Origin: Acidobacteriota bacterium
Lineage (GTDB): Bacteria > Acidobacteriota > UBA6911 > RPQK01 > JADFOI01
Assembly: GCA_030624355.1 (NCBI GenBank)
Contig: JAUXKG010000001.1
Coordinates: 1 to 39,931, forward strand
DNA length: 39,931 bases
Direction of reading: 5' to 3'
In this document: piece by piece, positions 33,168 through 39,931 of the stretch
Position numbering within the stretch: position 1 is the first letter of the stretch
Layout of the letters: each line of letters begins with the position of its first letter
Translations under genes and position numbers: made by a program
Notes under the pieces: model-generated
The model's input: the letters and a program-made list of their open reading frames with translations, nothing else
The model's database searches: none
Told to the model about the DNA's origin: nothing

Positions 33168-33469
33168 GTCACTTTCCTCCTGATCAGGAGTGAGATGATA
33201 TCTGTAGCCCTGACAGTGTTGCCAGCAGAGTCCGTACTCTCGACGTCTGCTCTCATACGGCCAGGTGTCAACTGCGTCGGACTGAACCGAAAACTGACAA
33301 TGCCATTGGCCGGATCTTCAAGGGTCATGCTCACACTGGTCGCAGCCGCGCCATCAATCGAGAAGATGAGGTTGGCCGACCCACCCGAGAGATCGCGCGG
33401 AGTGCGGTCTGACTCAGAGATGAGAGTGAGCCGCAACAGTGTCTTATTGCCCTCTACAAGATCAGCCAT
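33164..33469 (-). CDS. Ig-like/BppU-N-like small structural protein, tentative (101 aa)
   Basis: Met21 of listed ORF 33164..33529. The upstream 20 codons would run through the terminator hairpin. Sequence LRLTLISESDRTPRDLSGGSANLIFSIDGAAATSVSMTLEDPANGIVSFRFSP is beta-sandwich-like. Confidence 0.5.
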   Translation of the reverse strand: MADLVEGNKTLLRLTLISESDRTPRDLSGGSANLIFSIDGAAATSVSMTLEDPANGIVSFRFSPTQLTPGRMRADVESTDSAGNTVRATDIISLLIRRKVT

Positions 33470-33481
33470 GTGCTGATCTTG
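33457..33481 (-). promoter_or_regulatory. Perfect 10-bp inverted repeat enclosing the start codon of the 33164..33469 gene
   Basis: CAAGATCAGC (33457-33466) and GCTGATCTTG (33472-33481) are exact reverse complements. The 5-nt loop ACATG (minus strand) carries the ATG at 33469. Confidence 0.55.
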
Positions 33482-33488
33482 CCTCATC

Positions 33489-33525
33489 AAAAAAGGGGCG
33501 GCGAAACCTTTTTTCGCCGCCCCCC
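33489..33525 (-). terminator. Canonical Rho-independent terminator between terminase and portal genes
   Basis: The minus strand reads GGGGCGGCGAAA-AAAGG-TTTCGCCGCCCC followed by TTTTTT: 12-bp GC-rich stem, 5-nt loop, U6 tail. Confidence 0.8.
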
Positions 33526-33661
33526 ACATAGGAGTGAGATTACCTGCGAGACCTTACCGGTACTTCATTCTTCCCTTTGGCCAACTACTGTAAAAAATAG
33601 TTAGGTCTCTATAGTGATTTCCAGCACGTCAGCAACGAGTATCGTTCGGTTTTCAATGGTC

Positions 33662-35287
33662 TCAGCCATTTCCTATCCCACCTATGTACGGGCCACCAGT
33701 CTTACTGCCTCGCTTTTGCGACAGCTTCTTACGCCACCACGCTTCCATTCGTTCCTTCATCGTACTGCTTGCAATCTTGCCCATGTCGAGTCCCTTCTCC
33801 AGCTCGAAGTGCATCTTCTGGATGTGGTCGTCTGACACATCGTGCATGATACCTGCCGCCACCATGTACCGCAGTGCGTCAAGTGCATGGTCATTCCTTT
33901 TGACAGGCGCATCTTTTCGCTCATGTGCCCAGGTACTCCCCTTGTCTTCTACCCATCGGTACGTCCCAAACTCCTTAATAAGCGCTCGGCAGGTGCTGAA
34001 GACTTTGAGTCCAGGTTGATCGTCCATCCCAACCTGCAACAGTTGATGAATCTTCTCGATTCCGAAATGGACGTCGTTGGGTGCTGGCGAGCAAAAAATC
34101 TTGTAGTCACTGGAAAGAAGAGTGCCAATTCCCGGTTCACCGGAGGCTGTATGGTAGTAAGCAGATGGATCAATCCACCTAACTCGGATATGCTCTGTCC
34201 GATCTGTTCGAGTCCATAGTTTTTCTTTTTCATTCCAGAGGTAGCCTTCACTTTCCTTCAGGTACTTTGCAAGCTGGTGGTAGCGGAGACCATGGAAGTA
34301 ACCTTCTCGATAGATGTAGACGATCTTCTCACCTGGTGGTACAGCCAACCAGAGAATAGCTGCCGTCCTGCGTCCCGGATCGAGTCCGCAGTAGCGAGTC
34401 CAGTCGGCAGGAATCTCGAACGGCTTGCATATGTGTTTCTTACAAAACTCGGGATACACGAGACCCTGACGTTTACGAGAGCCGCCTTCCAGCATAACGT
34501 GCTTATCTTCTTCAGACAGGTAGGTGAACATCTCGTCGTACACATCCCGGGAGACGTGTCCACGCTCAACGGCACGCTTCGTCTTCAGGCGCGTAAGGTG
34601 AATGTGCTCATCACCAGTGATGGCGATCTGTTCGAGGTCGAGGAGCCACTCCTCTGATCTCTGTAGAGTAGCTGCGACTACTACGCGTCCCCCTTTTGCA
34701 AGACGACGCGCCATGAGTTCTTTCCAAAGAATACCCGAGACCTCTTCGTCAATGACAACAAGGTCCACAGCTGCTGCCTGTATCTTCCGGCGAGCTTCTT
34801 CGTTTCCCTCTCCCGAGATGAAGTCGCACTGAGAATTCGACTTTGTTCTAATGAATGCCGGTATCTCAGTTTTGGCCGCCGCAGGACCAATCTTATCGAT
34901 GTTCCATTCGTGAAGAATCGCTGCTTGCTGATTGGCTCCCATGAGATGACGGTAAACACCTTCGGTGAGCGTCCGATAATCTGCAGAGAGTATATAGATC
35001 TTGGGCGCTTTGGGCGTCCTCTGATACGGATGGCTCTCTTCCATCCACCATTTGATCTCCTGGGCTGCAGCCTTCGACTTGCCACTCTGGTTCCCTCCAA
35101 AGATCAGTCGGACGCGAGCTTCAGACTTGTGGAATGAGAGCTGATCTCCCTCAGGGTCATCGTCAGGGATGTACAGATCGCCGGGGTGTCGACGTCTGCG
35201 AATCATCTCCTCGCAGACAGAGTGAACAAAACCTACGGTGCTCGGGTCTCGCGCAAGTCGGTTGACGTCAATCGTCAAGCGGGACAT
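33662..35287 (-). CDS. terL: Terminase large subunit
   Basis: Walker A is GGNQSGKS, Walker B-like is DLVVIDEE. The C-terminal nuclease signature is KRNDHALDALRYMV. 541 aa. Confidence 0.9.
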   Translation of the reverse strand: MSRLTIDVNRLARDPSTVGFVHSVCEEMIRRRRHPGDLYIPDDDPEGDQLSFHKSEARVRLIFGGNQSGKSKAAAQEIKWWMEESHPYQRTPKAPKIYILSADYRTLTEGVYRHLMGANQQAAILHEWNIDKIGPAAAKTEIPAFIRTKSNSQCDFISGEGNEEARRKIQAAAVDLVVIDEEVSGILWKELMARRLAKGGRVVVAATLQRSEEWLLDLEQIAITGDEHIHLTRLKTKRAVERGHVSRDVYDEMFTYLSEEDKHVMLEGGSRKRQGLVYPEFCKKHICKPFEIPADWTRYCGLDPGRRTAAILWLAVPPGEKIVYIYREGYFHGLRYHQLAKYLKESEGYLWNEKEKLWTRTDRTEHIRVRWIDPSAYYHTASGEPGIGTLLSSDYKIFCSPAPNDVHFGIEKIHQLLQVGMDDQPGLKVFSTCRALIKEFGTYRWVEDKGSTWAHERKDAPVKRNDHALDALRYMVAAGIMHDVSDDHIQKMHFELEKGLDMGKIASSTMKERMEAWWRKKLSQKRGSKTGGPYIGGIGNG

Positions 35288-35570
35288 CGTCTTTGACCTC
35301 TATCCTGCGACCTTTGACACCGTAGGGGGCGAGGGACGGGATTACAATCTCTTCGATGAGACTCTCCAGCTCTTCGGGAGAACAGTGCTTGAGATCAGTA
35401 GCGGCGCGGTCAAGCTTGAAGCCACGCAGTTCTGCGATCTTGTCGAGCGCACGAATCTGATCAGCAGGCTTCCGCGCCTTCATCGCAATCTTCACGTACG
35501 CCTCGATCACCCGGTCACGGGTGTCGAGGGATTCTACTTCCTGAAGAAGCCCATATTCCGGATACTCCAT
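35268..35570 (-). CDS. terS: Terminase small subunit, putative
   Basis: 100-aa ORF overlapping the terL start by 20 nt. The helical segment IEAYVKIAMKARKPADQIRALDKIAELRGF resembles small-terminase helices. Mainly a positional call. Confidence 0.5.
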   Translation of the reverse strand: MEYPEYGLLQEVESLDTRDRVIEAYVKIAMKARKPADQIRALDKIAELRGFKLDRAATDLKHCSPEELESLIEEIVIPSLAPYGVKGRRIEVKDDVPLDD

Positions 35571-35574
35571 TCAG

Positions 35575-35865
35575 TTATTCTGGCGTGGAGTCAGTGTAGT
35601 CGTCAACAGAGAACTTGCCACTGGCACAGTCTATGTACGCCTGATTGATGAGCCCGCAGATGATCGCAGAGTCTGAGAGTGCCCGACCACGGAAAAAAGC
35701 CGGGACCTTCGCGCTGACCTCTTCCTTCACCCGGACCAGACGCGACGTCGTCTCTGCGTCCATGGCAACCCAGATGCGCTTTCTTCCGTCTCTGGCGTCC
35801 TTTGTCTTCTTTTTGACTACTTTCCTCTTAACGGCAGTTACTTTACTCTTAACGGCAGTCGACAT
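35575..35865 (-). CDS. Hypothetical protein with Lys-rich repeat N-terminus (96 aa)
   Basis: ATG at 35865 lies 7 nt after AAGGAG (Met16 of the listed ORF). STAVKSKVTAVKRKVVKKKTK is encoded by a duplicated CTTAACGGCAGT motif. Confidence 0.55.
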   Translation of the reverse strand: MSTAVKSKVTAVKRKVVKKKTKDARDGRKRIWVAMDAETTSRLVRVKEEVSAKVPAFFRGRALSDSAIICGLINQAYIDCASGKFSVDDYTDSTPE

Positions 35866-35939
35866 GAAAATCTCCTTGACAACTTTGTCGTATGAGGGTA
35901 AACGTGACATGAGAAGTGATTATATGGAGACAGGCTCAT

Positions 35940-37106
35940 ATGACAAGCGAGAAAACTCCTGAAGTTCCAGCTATCAAGCTGACTGGTGGAGTGGGGTCCC
36001 TACCCCGTCGTTTGTGGCGGGCACGGACCATAGCGGGCAGAGTGTCAATCCAGAAGATGCGCCGGAACCCGGAGACCGGGCGATGGCGTATTCGGATACG
36101 GGACACCGTCACCGGTAGATTCGAGTCCGTTGACACGCCATACCGGGACAAAGCGCACGCCTACGAGTACGCGATCAAGTTCGCCTGGGAGTGGGCTCGA
36201 GACCACGGGCTTGTTGACAGAGAGACTGACCACGGGGATCTGTTACTCGCCTACGAGCGATGGATGCGAGAGCTACCACTGCGGCCGAAGTCGATCAAGG
36301 AGTATGGCCTGGCCGGACGGTGTGCTGCCTCACACCTGCCGAACTCCGTGGCGGCGATCACCCGACAGGACGTCATCAACTGGATCAAGGCACTCGAGTC
36401 CAGGGGGCTGAAGGGAAACACGATCCAGTGGAGACTGCAGGTCTTCAGATCGTTCCTCCGTTGGGCACAAGTCGAGAACTACATCGATCACGACCCCACC
36501 GTTCTGGTGAGAGCGCCGCGCTGGACACCACGGGACGGCAGAGCCCTGTCGTATCCTGAAGCCCAGAAGCTCCTTGCCTACGCCAAGCGAAAAGAGGTTA
36601 TCAAACGGGGCAACTTCTACTACAAGAAGAGTGTCGCCCAGCACATCTACTGGTTCGTCCTGATCGCTCTCCATACCGGGCTCAGGAAAACCAACGTACT
36701 ACAGCTCCGGTGGTCGTGGATGGATTTCGACGAGCGGAAGATCATCATCCCAGGTCGACTGGTGAAGAACCGAAAGGACCTCATTATCCCCATGCACCAG
36801 GAGCTGGAAAGAAAGTTCAGAACCTATCACTCAATGAGGGCATCGGATATCGTGCTTGGAAGAAAGTACCGAGATATGCACAAAGGATTCAAGTCACTCT
36901 GTCGCAGGGCAGGGTTGCCTGACCTGAAGGTGCACGATCTCCGGCACACCGTTTCGACCTGGTTCCACATGAAGCTGCCATGGAACTACGCAGAGAAGCT
37001 ACTTGGTCGCACCATTCCGCACGTAGGCGGGATCTACTTCCACCCTCCGTTCTGGGATCTCAGGGATCGTGTCGATACTCTGCCATGGCTTGAGACTACT
37101 GGCTGA
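35940..37106 (+). CDS. int: Tyrosine site-specific recombinase (phage integrase)
   Basis: LHTGLRKTNVLQLRWSWMD (catalytic Arg box), HDLRHTVSTW (H-x-x-R) and GGIYFHP (Tyr region). ATG at 35940 is preferred over the listed GTG at 35916. Confidence 0.9.
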   Translation: MTSEKTPEVPAIKLTGGVGSLPRRLWRARTIAGRVSIQKMRRNPETGRWRIRIRDTVTGRFESVDTPYRDKAHAYEYAIKFAWEWARDHGLVDRETDHGDLLLAYERWMRELPLRPKSIKEYGLAGRCAASHLPNSVAAITRQDVINWIKALESRGLKGNTIQWRLQVFRSFLRWAQVENYIDHDPTVLVRAPRWTPRDGRALSYPEAQKLLAYAKRKEVIKRGNFYYKKSVAQHIYWFVLIALHTGLRKTNVLQLRWSWMDFDERKIIIPGRLVKNRKDLIIPMHQELERKFRTYHSMRASDIVLGRKYRDMHKGFKSLCRRAGLPDLKVHDLRHTVSTWFHMKLPWNYAEKLLGRTIPHVGGIYFHPPFWDLRDRVDTLPWLETTG

Positions 37107-37129
37107 CTTTGCGTTTCTTAAGTTCGTTG

Positions 37130-37165
37130 TGACCCTGGGGCCTGGACCCCCCGGGGTCACTTTTA
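37130..37165 (+). terminator. Intrinsic terminator downstream of int
   Basis: GTGACCCTGGGG (37130-37141) pairs with CCCCGGGGTCAC (37150-37161): 12 bp with one G-T pair and an 8-nt loop, followed by TTTT. Confidence 0.6.
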
Positions 37166-37177
37166 CCAGGAGGTCAC

Positions 37178-37936
37178 ATGAAGACCGAAATCAGTTACTA
37201 CGAGTACCGTGAACGCGGCGGTACCAACGTCAACCTCAACGCTGATCCACGTGATATAGAGGAGCTTGAAAGCCTTCTCGAAGAACTTCGTGGGCCACGG
37301 GTGCCACTTGAACCGCCAGAGCGACCGGAGCGACCGGAACGGCCGCCGAGACCGGAACGGCCGCCGAGACCGGAACGGCCGCCGAGACCGATGAAGCCAT
37401 TCTTCGACCTCGGCAAGGCAGTCGGCAAAGTTGGTGAGGTCGTTCAGATTTCAGTCACTGGCGGAAGCATCATTCCCGTGAATGGTTTTCACATCGGTGG
37501 TGGATGTGGATTGCTCCCAGACGAGGAACGTTCTGGGTACGGAAAGCTCAAGGCCACTGGTATCGTCCTCGGCGACTTCCTGACCAACTACCTGAGGGCT
37601 CAGAACATCTTCGATTCAGTCTTCCAAAAGTTTCAGTGGGTAAACTGGGACGAGCACCAAGCCCTCCCGGAGGAGTGGTGGGAGTACTCGTTGTTGTTCT
37701 TCTCGCTGAGTGAAGAGCGGACTGTCCCCCCCATCTCAATTCCCAACGGCACCGAGCTGTTCAAGGTGAACTTCGAGATCCTACCGCAGGACCCCGGGCC
37801 ACTCACACTCACGTGCATCGACGAGCACTACTACACGCAGGCAGTACAGCGCCGTCGTGACTGGACATACACTGGCGCAGGTCAAGGACAGACAAGGGTG
37901 GAACTCAATGGAGGAGAGGTCCGAGTCACTCCCTGA
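37178..37936 (+). CDS. Hypothetical protein with N-terminal (P-E-R-P)n repeat linker and C-terminal beta-rich domain
   Basis: AGGAGG RBS. EPPERPERPERPPRPERPPRPERPPRP is followed by a ~170-aa globular region. Confidence 0.7.
   Translation: MKTEISYYEYRERGGTNVNLNADPRDIEELESLLEELRGPRVPLEPPERPERPERPPRPERPPRPERPPRPMKPFFDLGKAVGKVGEVVQISVTGGSIIPVNGFHIGGGCGLLPDEERSGYGKLKATGIVLGDFLTNYLRAQNIFDSVFQKFQWVNWDEHQALPEEWWEYSLLFFSLSEERTVPPISIPNGTELFKVNFEILPQDPGPLTLTCIDEHYYTQAVQRRRDWTYTGAGQGQTRVELNGGEVRVTP
37316..37389 (+). repeat. Coding tandem repeat: two 9-nt units then three perfect 18-nt units
   Basis: CCAGAGCGA and CCGGAGCGA are followed by CCGGAACGGCCGCCGAGA at 37334-37351, 37352-37369 and 37370-37387 (identical copies). 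Confidence 0.9.
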
Positions 37937-38099
37937 GCCCGGCTTCTACTGGGCGAGAGAGAAGTCACCGACAAGAAGGGGGCCATTGGAGATATTCCGT
38001 GTTATTGACGACGGAGGATATTTCACCGGCTCCCTCATTTACGTCATGCTCAACGAGGTCGAGATTAAAGGACCTCTGCTGGTACCACCAAGGAGCTGA
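37908..38099 (+). CDS. Hypothetical protein (63 aa)
   Basis: Met18 of listed ORF 37857..38099. Overlaps the upstream gene end by 29 nt. Confidence 0.4.
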   Translation: MEERSESLPEPGFYWAREKSPTRRGPLEIFRVIDDGGYFTGSLIYVMLNEVEIKGPLLVPPRS

Positions 38100-38130
38100 C
38101 ACACACATTTTTGGAAGGAGGTTTTACGGC

Positions 38131-38910
38131 ATGCCCAAGCTCTTGGAGACCGTCGTACAGAAGGGCACTGGGGGTTTACCCAGACGAACCCTCCTGTACG
38201 GCACTCATGGGATAGGGAAATCGACGTTCGCCTCGTCGATTCCTGACCATCTGATACTCGACATCGAGGATGGACTCAATGACATCCAGTGTCAAGCCAC
38301 CCCGAAGGTCACTACGACAGACGAACTGATGGCGTGGGTCACTGAACTCTACACAGAGAAACACAAGTTCAAAGCACTCGTGGTCGACACGTGCGATTTC
38401 CTTGAACGCATGATCTGGAAGGAGGTGTGCGAAGCCGGTGGCAAAGACTCCATCGGTGACTTCGGTTTCGGAAAAGGTTACTCACAAGCCCTCTCGAAAT
38501 GGAATGAAATTGTCGTCGCCTTCGATGCTCTCAGGGAGAAGCGTGGCATCTCGATCTGGCTCCTGGCACACGCCACTACAGAGAAGTACGAGAACCCGGA
38601 GACCGAGCCATATGATCGGTACGCTCCACGGCTTCACAAGGGTGCCAACCAGCTTCTGTGTCAATGGTGCGATGAGGTCTTGTTCGCGTCCCACAAAGTC
38701 TATACAGTGTCCGATGACAAGGGCTTCGGCCAAGATCGGGCACGTGGGGTCGGGGGAGAGGACAGAGTGCTCAGGACTGAAGAGCGCGCTGCCTTCATCG
38801 CAAAGTCACGGTTGAAAATGCCGCTCGAGCTTCCACTGGAGTGGGAGAGTTACGCCAACTGCCTGAAGAAGGAGAAGAACAGTGCCAAGCCTGCACGGGT
38901 ACAATCCTGA
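38131..38910 (+). CDS. Sak4-like / AAA_24 family RecA-type ATPase (phage recombination)
   Basis: ATG follows GGAAGGAGG. Walker A is LLYGTHGIGKST, Walker B-like is ALVVDT. The overall pattern ...LLAHATTEKYENPE...RLHKGA... fits AAA_24 (recall-based). Confidence 0.75.
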   Translation: MPKLLETVVQKGTGGLPRRTLLYGTHGIGKSTFASSIPDHLILDIEDGLNDIQCQATPKVTTTDELMAWVTELYTEKHKFKALVVDTCDFLERMIWKEVCEAGGKDSIGDFGFGKGYSQALSKWNEIVVAFDALREKRGISIWLLAHATTEKYENPETEPYDRYAPRLHKGANQLLCQWCDEVLFASHKVYTVSDDKGFGQDRARGVGGEDRVLRTEERAAFIAKSRLKMPLELPLEWESYANCLKKEKNSAKPARVQS

Positions 38911-39361
38911 CGAGAAATACACGGGATTCGGAAACATCCCTGAAGGCGCATACAATGCAACCATCACAGACTCAAAGGAGGTAAAAAACAAGAAAACACC
39001 AGGCACACACCTGGCCCTGATGTTCACAATCCTTGACGGACCGATGAAGAATCGCAAGGTGTGGGCTCGCCTGAACCTGCAGAATGACAACGAGCAGACA
39101 GTCCGCATCTCACGGTCGGAGCTGAAGAACATCTGCACTGCATGTGGTGGCATCCGGCCTACCGACAGCGTGCAACTCCACAATATTCCACTCGTGATCC
39201 ACGTAACGAGAGATGGCAACTTCGACAAGATCAGGAAGTACGAGTCGAGGCCCGCAATGCCCACGCCTGCCGAGGTGAGCCAGCCCGAGCCGGCCGTCAC
39301 CATGGCCAGCAGCAGCGAACCGGCTAAGACGGCATCCCTCGCGCCGCCGTGGAAAAAGTGA
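38882..39361 (+). CDS. DUF669-like protein (putative phage ssDNA-binding partner of Sak4)
   Basis: GTG follows AAGGAG. NIPEGAYNATITDSKEVKNKKTPGTHLALMFTILDGPMKNRKVWARLNL matches my recollection of DUF669, and its position after Sak4 is typical. Confidence 0.65.
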   Translation: MPSLHGYNPDEKYTGFGNIPEGAYNATITDSKEVKNKKTPGTHLALMFTILDGPMKNRKVWARLNLQNDNEQTVRISRSELKNICTACGGIRPTDSVQLHNIPLVIHVTRDGNFDKIRKYESRPAMPTPAEVSQPEPAVTMASSSEPAKTASLAPPWKK

Positions 39362-39470
39362 TACCCTAAACCAGCCGTGCGGCTGTTCGGACATCCATCA
39401 CCACCGGGTGGCCTATCTTCTCTTCACTTCTTTCGCAGTCGCACGGCCCTTACGCCCCCCAGGAGTCGAG

Positions 39471-39931
39471 ATGCAGCTTCGTTGGTATCAAGAAGCGGCA
39501 CGCGTCGCCGTATACGCACACCTCCGTGAACACTCGACAAACCCTTGTGTCGTCATGCCCACGGGAGCCGGCAAGTCACCAACGATTGCTGCTATTGCCA
39601 GTGACGCTGTCACGCAGTGGAACGGTCGAGTTCTGTGCCTGGCTCACCGGAAAGAACTCCTGGAGCAGAACGCCGAGAAGCTCCACCACTTCGCGCCAGA
39701 CCTGAAGTACGGCATCTACTCTGCCGGCCTGAAGAAACGCCAGACAGAAGAGGACGTCATCTTCGCTGGCATCCAATCTGTCTACATGCGGGCAGAGGAT
39801 CTGGGGAGGTTCGATCTCGTCATCGTGGACGAGGCGCACCTGATCCCAGCCGAGGGCGAGGGGATGTATCGGACGTTCCTCGACGTTTCCTCCTCGATCA
39901 ATCCTGAGCAGCGCGTCATCGGTTTCACCGC
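39471..39931 (+). CDS. SF2 DEAD/DEAH-box (ResIII-like) DNA helicase, N-terminal part; 3' end outside the window
   Basis: Manual translation of frame 3 from the ATG at 39471 (AGGAG RBS) gives MQLRWYQEAA...VMPTGAGKS (motif I)...LVIVDEAHL (motif II). The frame is open to the window end. It is not in the ORF track because there is no stop. Confidence 0.85.
   Translation, partial: MQLRWYQEAARVAVYAHLREHSTNPCVVMPTGAGKSPTIAAIASDAVTQWNGRVLCLAHRKELLEQNAEKLHHFAPDLKYGIYSAGLKKRQTEEDVIFAGIQSVYMRAEDLGRFDLVIVDEAHLIPAEGEGMYRTFLDVSSSINPEQRVIGFT

Larger units (their letters stand above)
1..39931. mobile_element. Temperate phage / prophage genome segment with podovirus-like virion module
   Basis: Uninterrupted run of phage hallmark genes: large terminase, portal-sized protein, scaffold, major capsid, tail fibre, giant internal protein, tyrosine integrase, Xis-like HTH, Sak4-like ATPase, DUF669-like protein and SF2 helicase. 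ATGA/TAATG translational coupling occurs throughout. No cellular housekeeping genes. Confidence 0.85.

Noticed and set aside
33606-33620. AAATCACTATAGAGA (minus strand), which resembles the core of a T7 RNAP promoter (TCACTATAGGGAGA)
   Set aside because: I saw only one good copy. A second CACTATAG, at about 13223, lies inside a gene on the wrong strand. No phage RNAP gene is in the window, so this is not evidence for a phage-specific promoter family.
975-37389. CRISPR-like arrays
   Set aside because: The only tandem repeats are a tetranucleotide microsatellite (975-994), the GAC repeat (2241-2261), a poly-Q CAG/CAA tract (about 30205-30240), 9-nt PQL repeats (about 15203-15231) and the 18-nt PERP repeats (37334-37387). 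All are contiguous, have no spacers, and are mostly coding.

Overview
The whole window reads as one contiguous, gene-dense temperate phage or prophage segment with a podovirus-like virion module. No cellular housekeeping genes are visible.

Layout, left to right:
(i) 1-876: the 3' end of a DUF3987-like P-loop replication protein. It is followed by about 0.95 kb of ORF-free DNA (832-1820) holding an iteron cluster, a simple-sequence tract and an array of short perfect palindromes. This is a probable origin and regulatory hub.
(ii) 1821-8697: about 25 small, translationally coupled plus-strand early genes, mostly of unknown function. They include RHH, HTH and Zn-ribbon proteins, two micro-ORFs missed by the ORF track, and an XRE regulator at the end.
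(iii) 8727-11494: two tandem paralogous LamG/concanavalin-like proteins, a lipoprotein with a C-terminal TM segment, and small ORFs.
(iv) About 11.5-15.2 kb: an accessory island. It contains ORF-poor GC-rich DNA with three tRNA T-arm-like modules that do not fold into canonical tRNAs by eye, a Tat-signal secreted protein, a minus-strand membrane/secreted pair, an Xis-like HTH, a small basic protein and a small-molecule-type SAM methyltransferase.
(v) 35570 down to 15167: a 20-kb minus-strand late operon. It encodes a terS-like protein, terL, portal, scaffold, major capsid, a fibre-like protein, adaptor- and nozzle-like proteins, a tail fibre, Gly-rich and coiled-coil internal proteins, and a 1357-aa giant internal protein.
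(vi) A divergent tyrosine integrase, a PERP-repeat protein, and a Sak4-like ATPase / DUF669-like / SF2 helicase module that runs off the right end.

I recognise no rRNA, CRISPR array, canonical tRNA, reverse transcriptase, endolysin, DNA polymerase or RNA polymerase.

The most unusual material, all unexplained by the gene calls:
- the palindrome array at 1000-1540;
- the tRNA-like modules flanking the Tat-signal gene (11.7 and 12.5 kb), which lie close to xis but far from int;
- the terminator plus start-codon-sequestering palindrome between terminase and portal (33457-33525).

All family assignments come from motif recall, not searches. No homology search, RNA folding or tRNA scan could be run.
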